From: Candidatus Pampinifervens sinense
GTDB lineage: Bacteria > Aquificota > Aquificia > Aquificales > Aquificaceae
Direction of reading: 5' to 3'
Assembly: GCA_037927135.1 (NCBI GenBank)
Contig: JAXSPP010000006.1
Span: 66,112 to 130,111 of the forward strand
DNA length: 64,000 bases
Of this stretch, positions 43,603 to 54,400 are shown piece by piece (within the stretch, counting starts at the first letter, position 1; each line of letters begins with the position of its first letter). The notes beneath the pieces are model-generated. The model saw nothing but the letters and a program-made list of their open reading frames with translations, made no database searches and was not told the origin of the DNA. Position numbers and translations under genes: made by a program.

Positions 43603-43929
43603 ATGTATTACCTGTTTCTTACGGTTTTTATAATAGTTGGCCTTTTGCTCATTGCTGTAGTGCTTATGCAGAGAAGCAGAGGAGACGTTGGTAGCGCCTT
43701 TGGTGGTATGGGACAGGGTGTTTTTGGACCAGGTGGGGTGGATACTATACTTACAAAGATCACCTACTGGCTAGGCTTTATCCTTATGGCCCTGGCCATC
43801 ATTCTTGTACTCACGCACCCTTCAAAGAGAGGGTCTCTGATAAAGGATGAAGGTAAAAGAGCTCCTGTCCAAACCCAGTCGGGTAGCAATCAAGGACAGG
43901 CTCCTTCTTCTGGCCCACCTACTAGGTGA
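43603..43929 (+). CDS. secG: preprotein translocase subunit SecG
   Basis: VLMQRSRG..GSAFGG, LTKIT and two TM helices. Confidence 0.92.
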   Translation: MYYLFLTVFIIVGLLLIAVVLMQRSRGDVGSAFGGMGQGVFGPGGVDTILTKITYWLGFILMALAIILVLTHPSKRGSLIKDEGKRAPVQTQSGSNQGQAPSSGPPTR

Positions 43930-44662
43930 AGACTATAAAAAGCTTTACCTTATGGACCATATGGAAGTGCCAGAGGATATAGAAAAGGCCTTTTTTGATA
44001 AGTTAAAAATCTTAGAGTCAGGTTATCCTGTTCAATACCTGCTTGGGGAGTGGGAATTTTTTGGCAAGGAGTTCTATGTAGAGGAAGGGGTTTTGATTCC
44101 AAGGCCTGAGACGGAACTGCTTGTAGAGGAAGTATTAAAAAGGCTTCCAAAGGATGTAAAGCTTATAGGCTTTGAAATAGGTGTGGGCACTGGGTGTATA
44201 AGCATAAGCCTTCTATTGCATTGTGAAAACCTTACAATGCTTGCCAATGATGTAAATATAAAGGCTTTGAAGCTTGCCAAAAGGAACGCTCAAAGGCATG
44301 GTGTTATACACAGGTTGTGGCTCTTTGGAGGAGACCTCTTTGAGGCCATAAAACCAACAGCCTTTGACTTTATAGTCTCAAACCCACCTTACATACCGAT
44401 GGAAAGGTGGAAAAGCCTGCCAGAAGGTGTAAAGAGGGAGGGCTACACCTCCCTTATAGGTGGACAAAAGGGTTGGGAGTTTTACGAAAGGATAAGCGTA
44501 AAAATAGACAGCTATCTTAAGAGAGATGGCTTTTTTACCTTTGAAATAGGCCACGATCAAGGCCCTATAGTTAGGGATATCTTTAAGAGTAAGGGCTATG
44601 AAGTTATGGTCCTAAAGGATTATGCTGGTCAGGATAGGGTGGTGGTGGGATGGAGATCTTAG
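43847..44662 (+). CDS. prmC: release factor glutamine methyltransferase
   Basis: PVQYLLG, VLIPRPETE, IGVGTG and VSNPPY motifs. Confidence 0.93.
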   Translation: MKVKELLSKPSRVAIKDRLLLLAHLLGEDYKKLYLMDHMEVPEDIEKAFFDKLKILESGYPVQYLLGEWEFFGKEFYVEEGVLIPRPETELLVEEVLKRLPKDVKLIGFEIGVGTGCISISLLLHCENLTMLANDVNIKALKLAKRNAQRHGVIHRLWLFGGDLFEAIKPTAFDFIVSNPPYIPMERWKSLPEGVKREGYTSLIGGQKGWEFYERISVKIDSYLKRDGFFTFEIGHDQGPIVRDIFKSKGYEVMVLKDYAGQDRVVVGWRS

Positions 44663-45882
44663 GCTTTCTTTTGGGAACCTTCTTCTTTATACTAGTTGAA
44701 GCCTTCTTTGCAGGTTCTGAAATAGCCCTTGTGAGTGTAGATAAGGGAAAGGTTCTGAGCTTATACAGAAAAACTAAGCAGGAGTTCTTAAAGGATTTTC
44801 ACGATAACCCTGAAGAATACATAACCCTAACCATGCTCGGATACACTGTAAGCATAGTCTTTTCCTCCACCTTTTACACCCTGGCGGTAGTGCATCTATC
44901 GGAACACCTTCCCTTCATAAAAGGCTTTGAGGTAATACTTTCCTCAAGCCTAGTCATCTTCACCTTACTCCTTGGTGAGATATTGCCCAAAAGCCTCTAT
45001 CAAAAGCATGCGGAAAGACTATTCTTACCTTCCCTATGGATACTTAGCAAGCTAAAGATGTTTACAAAGCCTTTGCTTGTTTTTGCCAGAGCTGTAAGTA
45101 GGTCTATCACAGACCTTTTGAAGGATAGATATAAGGAGAGGTTTGAAAAGGAGGATTTGATGAAGCTTATGGAGGATATTGCCTCAAAGGAAGAAGAGCT
45201 TCGCATTGCAACTAGGATCCTTTCTATGAGGGACATCTTTATAACAGAGGAGATAAAGCCTATACAGGAAGTGGTTATGGTGGAAGAGAATACAAGCATA
45301 GATAGGGTAATGGAGATCATGAAGGAGAATAAGTATAGGAGGTTGCCTGTTTACAGCGGAAAGGTGGACCAGATTGTGGGATATGTGGACCTCTTTGACC
45401 TAATCCAGAATAAGCATGCAAAGTCTATAAAGGAGCTCATAAGACCCATACATTATTTTTCCGAATTTACCACTGTGGCAAAGGCCTTTGAACTTCTAAA
45501 GAAAAGTAAGGAACAGATGGGTGTGGTCGTGGATGAAAGGGGCAACCTGCTTGGGATAATCACTTGGGACGATCTGCAAAGCTATATTATAGGAGGCTTG
45601 CATGAGGGAAGGAAGGAGGAAGAGGAGGATTTTGTTGAAATAGAGAAGGGCAAATGGATAGTAAAGGGGGACGTAGAAAAAGATAAGGTAGAAAGGTTCT
45701 TTAACATAAAGCTTCCAGATGGGCCATATACCACTTTAGGTGGATTTCTCTGCTTTTATCTTGGATCCATTCCTCAAAAGGGTTATAGTATAGAATACGA
45801 GGGTTATAAGTTTAAGGTTGTTCAGGCAAGTGAAAAGAAGGTGATAAAGGTGATGGTGGAAAGCGATGTATCACAGACGTAG
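44650..45882 (+). CDS. hemolysin/CNNM-CBS-CorC family protein
   Basis: FFAGSEIAL, GEILPK, a CBS pair and TLGG in the CorC domain. Confidence 0.9.
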   Translation: MEILGFLLGTFFFILVEAFFAGSEIALVSVDKGKVLSLYRKTKQEFLKDFHDNPEEYITLTMLGYTVSIVFSSTFYTLAVVHLSEHLPFIKGFEVILSSSLVIFTLLLGEILPKSLYQKHAERLFLPSLWILSKLKMFTKPLLVFARAVSRSITDLLKDRYKERFEKEDLMKLMEDIASKEEELRIATRILSMRDIFITEEIKPIQEVVMVEENTSIDRVMEIMKENKYRRLPVYSGKVDQIVGYVDLFDLIQNKHAKSIKELIRPIHYFSEFTTVAKAFELLKKSKEQMGVVVDERGNLLGIITWDDLQSYIIGGLHEGRKEEEEDFVEIEKGKWIVKGDVEKDKVERFFNIKLPDGPYTTLGGFLCFYLGSIPQKGYSIEYEGYKFKVVQASEKKVIKVMVESDVSQT

Positions 45883-46543
45883 AAGCCTGAAAGAGATGCC
45901 CGATGATCTAAAGCCAAGAGAAAAGATGCTTGCCTCTGGTCCTGAAAAACTTTCGGATGAAGAGCTTTTAGCTATCATATTGGGCTCTGGCACAAGGGAG
46001 ATGGACGTTCTGTCCCTTTCAAGGGAGATAGTAAGGATGGGATGGAAGGAGATCTCTAGAGTATCTCCTCAAGAGCTTATGGATCGCTTCAAAGGCATAG
46101 GGGAGGCGAAGGCATGTCAAATAAAGGCCATAGTGGAGCTGGCAAGGAGGATAAGCGATCCCTACGAAGGTGTTTTTATAAACAACCCTGAAGAGGCCTA
46201 TGAATTTTTGAAAGGCAAAGTGGATGAAAGAAAGGAATACCTTATAGGCCTATACCTCAGCCCTACCAACAGACTACTTTCCTACGAAGTTATAGCCATA
46301 GGTAGGATGAACGCTCTTAATGCCGAGCCAAAGGAGATACTCTATCATGCTATAAACACGGCCTGTTATGGAATAATCCTTGCCCACAACCATCCCAAGG
46401 GTGATCTAAGACCATCAAGAGAGGATGTAGAGTTTACCAAAAGGGTAAAGCAGGCCTGTGAACTTATGGGTTTTGAGCTTTTGGACCATCTTATAATAAA
46501 CTCCAAGGGCTTTTTTTCTATGAGAAGGGAGGGTTATCTTTGA
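45866..46543 (+). CDS. radC: RadC-like JAB domain protein
   Basis: PREK, LSDEELLAIIL and HNHPKG...S..D. Confidence 0.92.
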   Translation: MYHRRRSLKEMPDDLKPREKMLASGPEKLSDEELLAIILGSGTREMDVLSLSREIVRMGWKEISRVSPQELMDRFKGIGEAKACQIKAIVELARRISDPYEGVFINNPEEAYEFLKGKVDERKEYLIGLYLSPTNRLLSYEVIAIGRMNALNAEPKEILYHAINTACYGIILAHNHPKGDLRPSREDVEFTKRVKQACELMGFELLDHLIINSKGFFSMRREGYL

Positions 46544-47193
46544 TAGCCCTATTGCAAGCCTTAGGCCTTGCCGAAAGGAGGTGTAGATATTGTGGGAAAG
46601 GCTTTGTAGGAAGGGGTCAAGGCTTCATATGCCCTTCATGCCTCAGCAGTCTAAAACCCTATCATCCTATGGACTACAGCCACAGGCCAAGCTACGTGTT
46701 TTCTTATAGGGTCTTTGGACTGTATGAAGGTGTATTAAAGGAGGTCATAAGGTGTATAAAGTTTTACAATTCAAAAAGCCTTGCCAAAGGCCTCGGAAAC
46801 ATCATAAAGGACCACCTTTGGGAGTATATAGAGGAAGTGGAGCCCGACCTTATAACCTTTCCACCCCTAAACTTGAGGCGCTTTTGGAATAGAGGTTTTA
46901 ACCATATGGAGTATATTTTGAAGGGTGCGGAGGTGCCCTACATTAGCCTTTTTAAAAGGGTAGACATGGCTCCACCCCTTGCCTCTCTGGAGGCAGAAAA
47001 GAGGAAAAAAGTGGTTTTGGGCTACAGGCTAAGAGAGGATTTTATAGATCATGTGCAAGATAAAAAAGTGCTGATTATAGACGACCTTCTTACTACGGGA
47101 TCTACCATAGAGAGGCTTGCATACCTTCTTATGTCTGTTGGTGCAGAGGAGGTTCATGCCTACTTTGTATCAAAGGCTAAACCCTCTGCATAA
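46540..47193 (+). CDS. comF: ComF family protein
   Basis: CxxC...CxxC zinc ribbon, RGFN and [11 protein letters not shown]. Confidence 0.88.
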   Translation: MIALLQALGLAERRCRYCGKGFVGRGQGFICPSCLSSLKPYHPMDYSHRPSYVFSYRVFGLYEGVLKEVIRCIKFYNSKSLAKGLGNIIKDHLWEYIEEVEPDLITFPPLNLRRFWNRGFNHMEYILKGAEVPYISLFKRVDMAPPLASLEAEKRKKVVLGYRLREDFIDHVQDKKVLIIDDLLTTGSTIERLAYLLMSVGAEEVHAYFVSKAKPSA

Positions 47194-48388
47194 ACTTCTC
47201 TAAAGCCCTTTTTATACCCCTTACGGCTTGCCTTATGCGCTGTTCGTTTTCCACAAGGGCAAACCTCACATAACCCTCTCCATACTCTCCAAAGCCTATG
47301 CCTGGAGAGACGGCCACCTTTGCCTCCCTCAGAAGGAATAAGGAAAAGTCAAGGGAGCTCATGCCTACTTCAGGTGGTATCTTTGCCCAAACGAACATGC
47401 TACCCTTAGGCTTTTCAACGCGCCAGCCAATGCGGTTTAGCCCTTCCACCAACACATCCCTCCTTTTCCTATAAATCTCCCTATTCTTTTCCACTATCTC
47501 ATAAGGGCTTTCAAGGGCTATTATGGAAGCCACCTGTATTGGAGTAAAAACGCCGTAATCTAGATAGCTCTTAAGATGCGCCAAGTTCTTTATAAGTATT
47601 TCGTTGCCCACCATAAAAGCTACTCTCCAACCGGCCATAGAAAAACCCTTTGACATGGAATAGAGTTCTACTGCCACGTCCTTAGCACCTTCCACCTGGA
47701 GTATGCTAGGTGGTTCGTAGCCGTCAAAGCCTATATCTGCATAGGCAAAGTCGTGCACTATCCAAATACCTTCTCTCTTTGCAATCCTTACCAATTCCTT
47801 AAAGAAGTCAAGGCTTACACATATGGTTGTAGGATTATGGGGAAAGCTAACCACGATTGCTTTCGGCTTTCTAAAAGAGGCCTTCAAAGCATCGTTTACC
47901 TTTCTAAGAAAGCTTTCCTCAAAGTCTTCCCCATCTTCTGGCATTATGGGTACGGATATGGCATCACCACCCGCTATAATGGGTGCATAATAGTGAATAG
48001 GGTAGGTAGGGTTGGGGACAAGCACCGTATCTCCCGGTTCAAGAAGGGCAAGCATTAAATGAGAGTAGCCTTCCTTAGCACCTATGGTAAGTATGGCCTC
48101 CCTTTCTGGGTCCAGTTCTACACCATACCGTCTTTTGTAAAAGTCGCATATGGCCTTCCTCAGCCTTGGTATACCCTTTGAGGCAGAGTAGCCATGCACA
48201 TTATCCCTTCTTGCCACTTCACAGAGCTTTTCTATTATGTGTGGGGCTGGTGGCATATCCGGATTTCCCATACCAAGGTCCACTATATCTTCACCTTCAC
48301 GCCTGAGCTTGTATTTCAGCTCGTTTACCATGGTGAAAACGTACTTTGGTAGCTTGCTTACCCTTGGAAACATCCAGCTTTCAGCCAT
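47177..48388 (-). CDS. class I/II PLP aminotransferase (AlaC/YfdZ-like)
   Basis: [16 protein letters not shown] and [13 protein letters not shown] motifs. Confidence 0.88.
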   Translation of the reverse strand: MAESWMFPRVSKLPKYVFTMVNELKYKLRREGEDIVDLGMGNPDMPPAPHIIEKLCEVARRDNVHGYSASKGIPRLRKAICDFYKRRYGVELDPEREAILTIGAKEGYSHLMLALLEPGDTVLVPNPTYPIHYYAPIIAGGDAISVPIMPEDGEDFEESFLRKVNDALKASFRKPKAIVVSFPHNPTTICVSLDFFKELVRIAKREGIWIVHDFAYADIGFDGYEPPSILQVEGAKDVAVELYSMSKGFSMAGWRVAFMVGNEILIKNLAHLKSYLDYGVFTPIQVASIIALESPYEIVEKNREIYRKRRDVLVEGLNRIGWRVEKPKGSMFVWAKIPPEVGMSSLDFSLFLLREAKVAVSPGIGFGEYGEGYVRFALVENEQRIRQAVRGIKRALEKFMQRV

Positions 48389-48746
48389 TTTCCATCTCCT
48401 CTTCCAGTTCTTTACAGTTTATGCACATGGTGGTAACTGGTCTGGCCTTCAACCTTTCAAAGGGTATGGTAGCCCCACAGCTTTCGCATATACCATAGGT
48501 CCCTTGCTCTATCTTCATTAAGGCATAATCAATCTTTCTGAGGAGCTTGAGCTCCCTCGTTTTTATCCTTTGAAGGTTTATATATCTACCGGTCTCTATG
48601 TTAGCTCTGTCTATCTCGTCTCCCCCCTCAAACACTACATTGGAAGGATCCCTTATCTGTTCTTCCGCATGTTTTATTATCTTCTCCCTAAGTTTTATAA
48701 GGTCATTTTTGAGCTCCGCTACCTGCTGAGGTGTCAAATGTTGCAT
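48381..48746 (-). CDS. dksA: RNA polymerase-binding protein DksA
   Basis: DEIDRA coiled-coil tip and CESC...CINC zinc finger; ATG at 48746 preferred. Confidence 0.88.
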   Translation of the reverse strand: MQHLTPQQVAELKNDLIKLREKIIKHAEEQIRDPSNVVFEGGDEIDRANIETGRYINLQRIKTRELKLLRKIDYALMKIEQGTYGICESCGATIPFERLKARPVTTMCINCKELEEEMENG

Positions 48747-48765
48747 AATTTTATAATTATAAGCC

Positions 48766-49164
48766 ATGGATATTGGTAGAGTTATAAAGATAAAGGAGGG
48801 TATAAAGGAGGAGAAGGTAAGAGAATTAAAAAATATTGATGCACAGATAAGGTCTATTGAGTTTGAAATTCAAAGATTGGATGAGATTGCAGAAGAGATA
48901 AACAGCCTTGTCAAAGAAAACTTTTCTGAAGATTTAATAATTCGTTATAGGGCAGTTTTATCAAAGAAGAAGGATCTATTGGCTAGACTTTTTGCTTTAA
49001 ATCAAATCAAGGAAGAAAAAATGCAGGAAGTTAAGCAAATTTATAAGGATGTGAAGGCTCTTGAGCTTTTGAAAGGTTTGCTAGATAGAAAGAATAAGCT
49101 AAGAGAACATAATATAAGCATGCAAGAAAGCAATTTTATTCATCTTATGAGAAAATGGTATTAA
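48766..49164 (+). CDS. FliJ-like coiled-coil flagellar export protein
   Basis: About 130-aa all-helical coiled coil ending KALELLK...MQES; upstream of a MotE/FlbB-like gene. Confidence 0.5.
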   Translation: MDIGRVIKIKEGIKEEKVRELKNIDAQIRSIEFEIQRLDEIAEEINSLVKENFSEDLIIRYRAVLSKKKDLLARLFALNQIKEEKMQEVKQIYKDVKALELLKGLLDRKNKLREHNISMQESNFIHLMRKWY

Positions 49165-49583
49165 ATGTAGTCTTAATACTGTGGCTAGCTTTGGGCTTGT
49201 GTGGTTTTGCTAACTCGCAGTCTGCCCTACAGAAAAAGATTAAAAAAGATAAGGAGGATAAGGCCAGGGAGGAGGTAAGGTCCATACTTGTGGACCTTGA
49301 GACAAAGCTGAAAAGACTGGAGGAGGAGAGGAAGAGGTTGGAAGAGCTAAGGAGGGTGGAGGTGCCAAAGGAGGAAAGAAGAAAGGAGGTGCAGAAACTG
49401 GTTGAGATATTCAATAAAGCTTCGCCGGATGAGGCTGGTGCGATTATGAACAATCTAGATCCGAACCTTGCGGCGGAAATATTGTTAAATTTAAAGGAGA
49501 GGCAAGCGGCCGCCATACTTGAGGCCATGGACCCTCAAAAGGCTGCTGAAGTGTCAGCCATCATAATGAAAAGGAAAAGATAA
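49155..49583 (+). CDS. MotE/YlxF-like flagellar protein (MgtE N-terminal-like repeats)
   Basis: Signal/TM, coiled coil, then LVEIF..ASPDEAGAIM...AAEIL..L...QAAAILEAMDPQKAA. Confidence 0.7.
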   Translation: MVLNVVLILWLALGLCGFANSQSALQKKIKKDKEDKAREEVRSILVDLETKLKRLEEERKRLEELRRVEVPKEERRKEVQKLVEIFNKASPDEAGAIMNNLDPNLAAEILLNLKERQAAAILEAMDPQKAAEVSAIIMKRKR

Positions 49584-49656
49584 GCTTATAGTGTTATAAG
49601 AATTTCTTAAAAAGAAGGAGTAGGGTAGGTTTATAATAAGCTTTGGAGGTGCTAGC

Positions 49657-50772
49657 ATGGATAGGCTTATGCTTGAAAGGCTTACAGAACAAAAGGAGAG
49701 TCCTGAGTATCTTCAGATAAGCATGGCAGCAGCCATGACCCTTGGCATAGTGCCTGGACAGTTTTATAGAAATACAAGGCTAAGTTGTATAAACACCCTA
49801 TTGACTTACCCATCCGGTTGTCATGCCACCTGTGCCTACTGTGGCCTTCAGAAGGCAAGGGAGATGGAGTATTCAAAGAAGAACTTTATAAGGGTAGAGT
49901 GGCCTACGGTAAAGCTTGATGAGATAATAGAGAGGACCAAGAGGGTGGGACATGTGGAAAGGTTATGTATAGCTCAGATAACCCACCCAAAAGCCATAAG
50001 GGATACAAAGTATATCCTAAAAAGGGTGGTCTCTGAACTAGGGGACAGGATCTTCGTATCCTTACTTATCAATGCTACAGGCACAACCTATGAAGATATG
50101 GAGGATTACAAGAGGCTGGGGGCCGATACAGTCACAGTAGCCCTAGATTGTGCCACACCTGAGCTTTTTGAAAGGCTAAGAGGAAAGCCCATGAACAGCC
50201 CACATAAGTGGGAGACCTTCTGGAAGGTTCTAGAGTGGGCTTGTGATGTGATGGGTGATGGTTATGTGGGGTGCCACCTTGTGGTAGGTCTTGGTGAAAC
50301 AGAACAGGAAATGGTAGAAACTATACAGAAGGTGAGAGATTTGGGTGCAAGAACCCATCTCTTCTCCTTCTGGCCGGAGGAGGGCTCAATGATGGAGAAG
50401 GAAAGGCCTTGTCCTGCACCACAGTACAGGAGGGTTCAGTTTGCAAGGTATTTGATAGACAACAAGATAGCCCGTTATGAGGATATGAAGTTCAATGAAA
50501 GGGGTCAGATCATAGACTTTGGAATAGACAAGGATACCTTTGAGGAGATCTTCTGGAGTGGAAGGCCCTTTATGACCTCCGGTTGTAGGGGTAAGACTAC
50601 AGAAGTAGCTTGCAACAGACCCTTTGGAGACAGCTCTGTAACAGATATAAAGAGTTATCCCTTCAGGCCTAGCAGGTGGGACCTTCAGAGGATAAGGAAA
50701 CAGCTCTTTGACTATGAAATGACAACCAACTATCCAGATATACTAAATCCTAGCGTATTCAGATACCAATGA
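49657..50772 (+). CDS. radical SAM protein, LipS2-type lipoyl synthase subunit (biotin-synthase-like)
   Basis: CHATCAYC radical SAM motif; C-terminal TSGC...CNRP resembles the LipS2 TxGCPxC(N/D)RP motif. Confidence 0.7.
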   Translation: MDRLMLERLTEQKESPEYLQISMAAAMTLGIVPGQFYRNTRLSCINTLLTYPSGCHATCAYCGLQKAREMEYSKKNFIRVEWPTVKLDEIIERTKRVGHVERLCIAQITHPKAIRDTKYILKRVVSELGDRIFVSLLINATGTTYEDMEDYKRLGADTVTVALDCATPELFERLRGKPMNSPHKWETFWKVLEWACDVMGDGYVGCHLVVGLGETEQEMVETIQKVRDLGARTHLFSFWPEEGSMMEKERPCPAPQYRRVQFARYLIDNKIARYEDMKFNERGQIIDFGIDKDTFEEIFWSGRPFMTSGCRGKTTEVACNRPFGDSSVTDIKSYPFRPSRWDLQRIRKQLFDYEMTTNYPDILNPSVFRYQ

Positions 50773-51059
50773 GCTTGGGAGATTTTCTTTTGGATATGGG
50801 TTATGCGGGTTTTGCTGGCTTTGTGGTAGGCTTTGCCGTAAGGAGGGTTCTAAACCTCTTCCTTCTCCTCCTTGGCCTTTATATCCTTTCCCTCATGTGG
50901 CTTGCAAGTAAGGGGATAATATCTGTGAACTGGGATCAGCTCTTTGTTCTATTTAGGGGCATGTTTGAAGGCTTTACAGCCTTTGTCCAAGGCCTTATAA
51001 AAAAGCTGGCCTTTGCAGGAAGCTTTGCCATAGGCTTCGCCATAGGTTTTAAGACTTGA
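50769..51059 (+). CDS. FUN14 family membrane protein
   Basis: GFVVGFAVRRV, GIISVNW and GSFAIGF..GFK. Confidence 0.85.
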   Translation: MSLGDFLLDMGYAGFAGFVVGFAVRRVLNLFLLLLGLYILSLMWLASKGIISVNWDQLFVLFRGMFEGFTAFVQGLIKKLAFAGSFAIGFAIGFKT

Positions 51060-51415
51060 AGGAGATAGAACTATTAAAAGAGGCAAAAAGACTTTGGGAT
51101 AGGGGTGATTATTATTTAGCACATGAGGTGCTTGAAGACCTATGGAGACTCTTTCCAAAAGAGGATAAGGCTTCAAGAAACTGTTATCAAGGGCTTATAA
51201 GACTGGCTATAGCTTACAACCACTATTTGTGTGGAAGAAGAGATAGCGCTTTGAAGGTCTTAAAGATGTCCTATGAACAGCTAAAGGGCTGTAGTGAAGT
51301 GCTAAAGTATGTGGACATATCTAATCTACTTGAACATATAGCTTTTCATATCCAGGTCTTAGAAAGGGGAGATGACATAAAAGAGTTTCCAAAGTTATCA
51401 CTTCTAATAGATTAG
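51056..51415 (+). CDS. DUF309 family protein
   Basis: YYLAHEVLEDLW...QGLI.LA.A..H. Confidence 0.85.
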   Translation: MKEIELLKEAKRLWDRGDYYLAHEVLEDLWRLFPKEDKASRNCYQGLIRLAIAYNHYLCGRRDSALKVLKMSYEQLKGCSEVLKYVDISNLLEHIAFHIQVLERGDDIKEFPKLSLLID

Positions 51416-54400
51416 AAGAGCTCCACCCTTATGCCCATACTCTCAAGCTCTTCCCTAAACCTCACTATGTCCATACCTACCTTTATCCTTGGGTCTGCAT
51501 GCATTATAGTTCTATAACCGTTTATCCTAAGCTCAATTATCAGCTCGCTTCCCATCTCATCCCTGCACTCTTCTATCAAAGACATCAACCTTTCTAGCTT
51601 ATCCTCTTCCAGCTCCTTCATAAAGATAAGCTTTAATGGAGTGCTTTCCCTCTTTAAAAACTCCTCCGGTGTGTAGACCTCTTTTAACAAGAGTCTTACT
51701 TCCTCCGTCTCTTCGTCCATGTCCACATCAAACCTTCCCACAATCACCTGATCCTCCTTTATCTTTTCCCTGTTCTGCTCTAGGGTTTCTGGGAACACAA
51801 GAACCTCAGCTATACCCGTCTTATCAACCAGGTTAAAAACGGCTATCTGGTTTCCCTTTTGTGTCTTCTTTAGCTTAAGGTCCGTTATAACTCCCGCAAA
51901 GGTAAAGGTTCCCTCTTCTACCTCTTCAAGTATCTCAAGGTAGGAAATCCTTCCTTTGAGAAGCTCTTCGTATGGATCAAGAGGATGGGAAGATATGTAA
52001 AAACCCAAAACTTCCTTTTCATACTTGGAGTTGTCCTCCTCTCTTATCTCCTCCTTAAAACCAAAGAGGCCTTTTGTAAACATAACAGTACCGTGCTCCA
52101 ATCTATGAAGTATATAGGACCTCTTTTCACCTGTAAAGTCAAAGGCTCCAGCCTTTATAAGGGCTTCAAGGGTCCTCTTGTTCACCTTCCTGCTTTCCAC
52201 ACTTCTTACAAAGTCTCCCAAGGAGGTCCATGGCCTCTTCCTGCAACTTACTATAAGCTTGGCCGTCTCTTCTCCCACACCTTTTATCCTTGATAGACCA
52301 AATCTTATGGTCCTTTTGTCCTCAATGGTGAAGTCCACACCGCTTTTGTTTATATCTGGTGGCAGTATTCTAAAGCCCTCCTTTTTTGCATCCTTAAGCA
52401 AGCTAATAAACTTCTTATCGTTCTTTTCCGTAGACAGCTTAACACAGAAGAACTCCTCAGGGTAGTGGGCCTTAAGGTATGCAGTCCAATAAGAGAGGTA
52501 TCCATAAGCTACCGAGTGGGATTTATTGAAGGAGTAGCTAGCAAACTTTTCTATATCTTCCCAAAGTTCTACTATCTTCTTTTCATCATAGCCCCTCTCC
52601 ACTGCGCCCTTTATAAACTTTTCCTTCATCTGCGCCATAAGTTCGGCATTCTTCTTTCCTATAGCCTTCCTTAGAGTATCCGCCTCTCCTGGTGTAAACC
52701 CAGCCAGTATTTGTGATGCTTTCATTATCTGCTCCTGATATACCCATACACCATAGGTCTCTTTTAAAACAGGTTCCAGCTCTGGGAAGGGATATTCTAT
52801 AGGCTCCTTTCCATGCTTCCTGTTTATATAACTGTCCACAAGACCGCTCTTTAATGGACCAGGCCTGTAGAGGGCTAAGACTGCCACTATGTCATCAAAA
52901 TTGTCTGGCATAAGCCTTCTGAGAAGGTTCTTCATGCCAGCGCTTTCAAGCTGGAAAACTCCGGTTGTATTGCCCTCTCTTAACAGTTCATAGACTTCCT
53001 TATCGTCCAAAGGAAGCCTCAAAAAATCTATATCAACTCCATGCCTCTCTTTTACCATTTGCTTGATCTTATACAGCTCTGTAAGAGTCTTTAGACCTAA
53101 AAAGTCCATTTTAACCAGGCCTATCTCCTCAAGCTTTACCATATCAAACTGTGTTGCCACAGATCCTTCCTTGTCGTAGTAGAGGGGCAAAAGCTCCTCT
53201 AAAGGCCTTGGTGCTATAACCACACCGGCAGCATGCAAGGATGTATGTCTTGTAAGCCCTTCCAGCTTTAGAGCTATCTCCACAAGCTTCTTGATCTCCG
53301 GATTTTCTTCGCACAACTTTCTGAATTTTTTAACATTCTCCTCTATATCTATCCTATGTTTTCCATACTTCTCCAGAAGCTCCTCTATAGGGGTCATGTA
53401 CATCTCTTCAAGGTTTAGCCACGTTCCTTGCACATCACCCTGGGGTATAAGCTTGGCCAATGTATCGGCAGTTTGATAGGAGATGCCCAAGGCCCTAGCC
53501 GTATCCCTCAAAGTTTGTTTTGCTTTCATCACGTTGTAGGTGATGATCTGAGCCACCTTTTCAGCCCCATACTTCTCCTTTACATACTCAATGACCCTAT
53601 CTCTGTTTTCCATGCAAAAGTCCACATCTATGTCCGGCATGGATATCCTCTCTGGGTTCAAAAACCTTTCAAACAGAAGGCCATGCTTTATAGGGTCCAC
53701 ATCCGTTATACCCAGTGCAAAGGCCAAAAGGGATCCGGCGGCCGAGCCCCTACCTGGGCCTACAGGTATGCCTTGAGACTTTGCCCAGTTTATAAAGTCC
53801 TGAACTATAAGGAAATAGCCTTCAAAGCCCATACTGGAGACCACATCAAGCTCATAATAAAGCCTGTCCCAATACTCCTTTGTATCCTTAGCCAGGCCCT
53901 GTTCTATCCTTTGCCTTAAACCTTTTACCGCAAGGTCCTTCAATAGCTCTCCTAGGCTTGACCCTTCCACAGGATAATCTGGCAAGAGATAACCTTTATT
54001 TTCAAGAAGATCAAAGCTTTCTGCTGTTTTTTCAGCCACTTCAAGGGTGTTCTTTAGCGCCTCTTCCCAACCGTCAAACTTTCCCTTAAACTTCTCCCAT
54101 ACCTCTTCTGGGCTTGCAAAATGTAGGCCTTCATTGGCACATTTGAGGCCTCCCCCTTGTTGTATTTCCATAAGGGTCTTTTTCATCTGTATGGCCATAA
54201 GCACCTGATGGGCTAGCCTGTCTTCGGGCAAAAGGTAGTGTGAATCGTTGGTAGCTACAAGCTTTACACCAAGCCTTTTTGCTATCTTTATAAGTATCCT
54301 GTTTGCCACCTCCTGTTCTGGCAATGAGTTGGACTGAAGCTCAAGGTATAGATCATCACCAAAAAGGTCTAAGAACTTCTTTACCCACTCTTCCGCCTTT

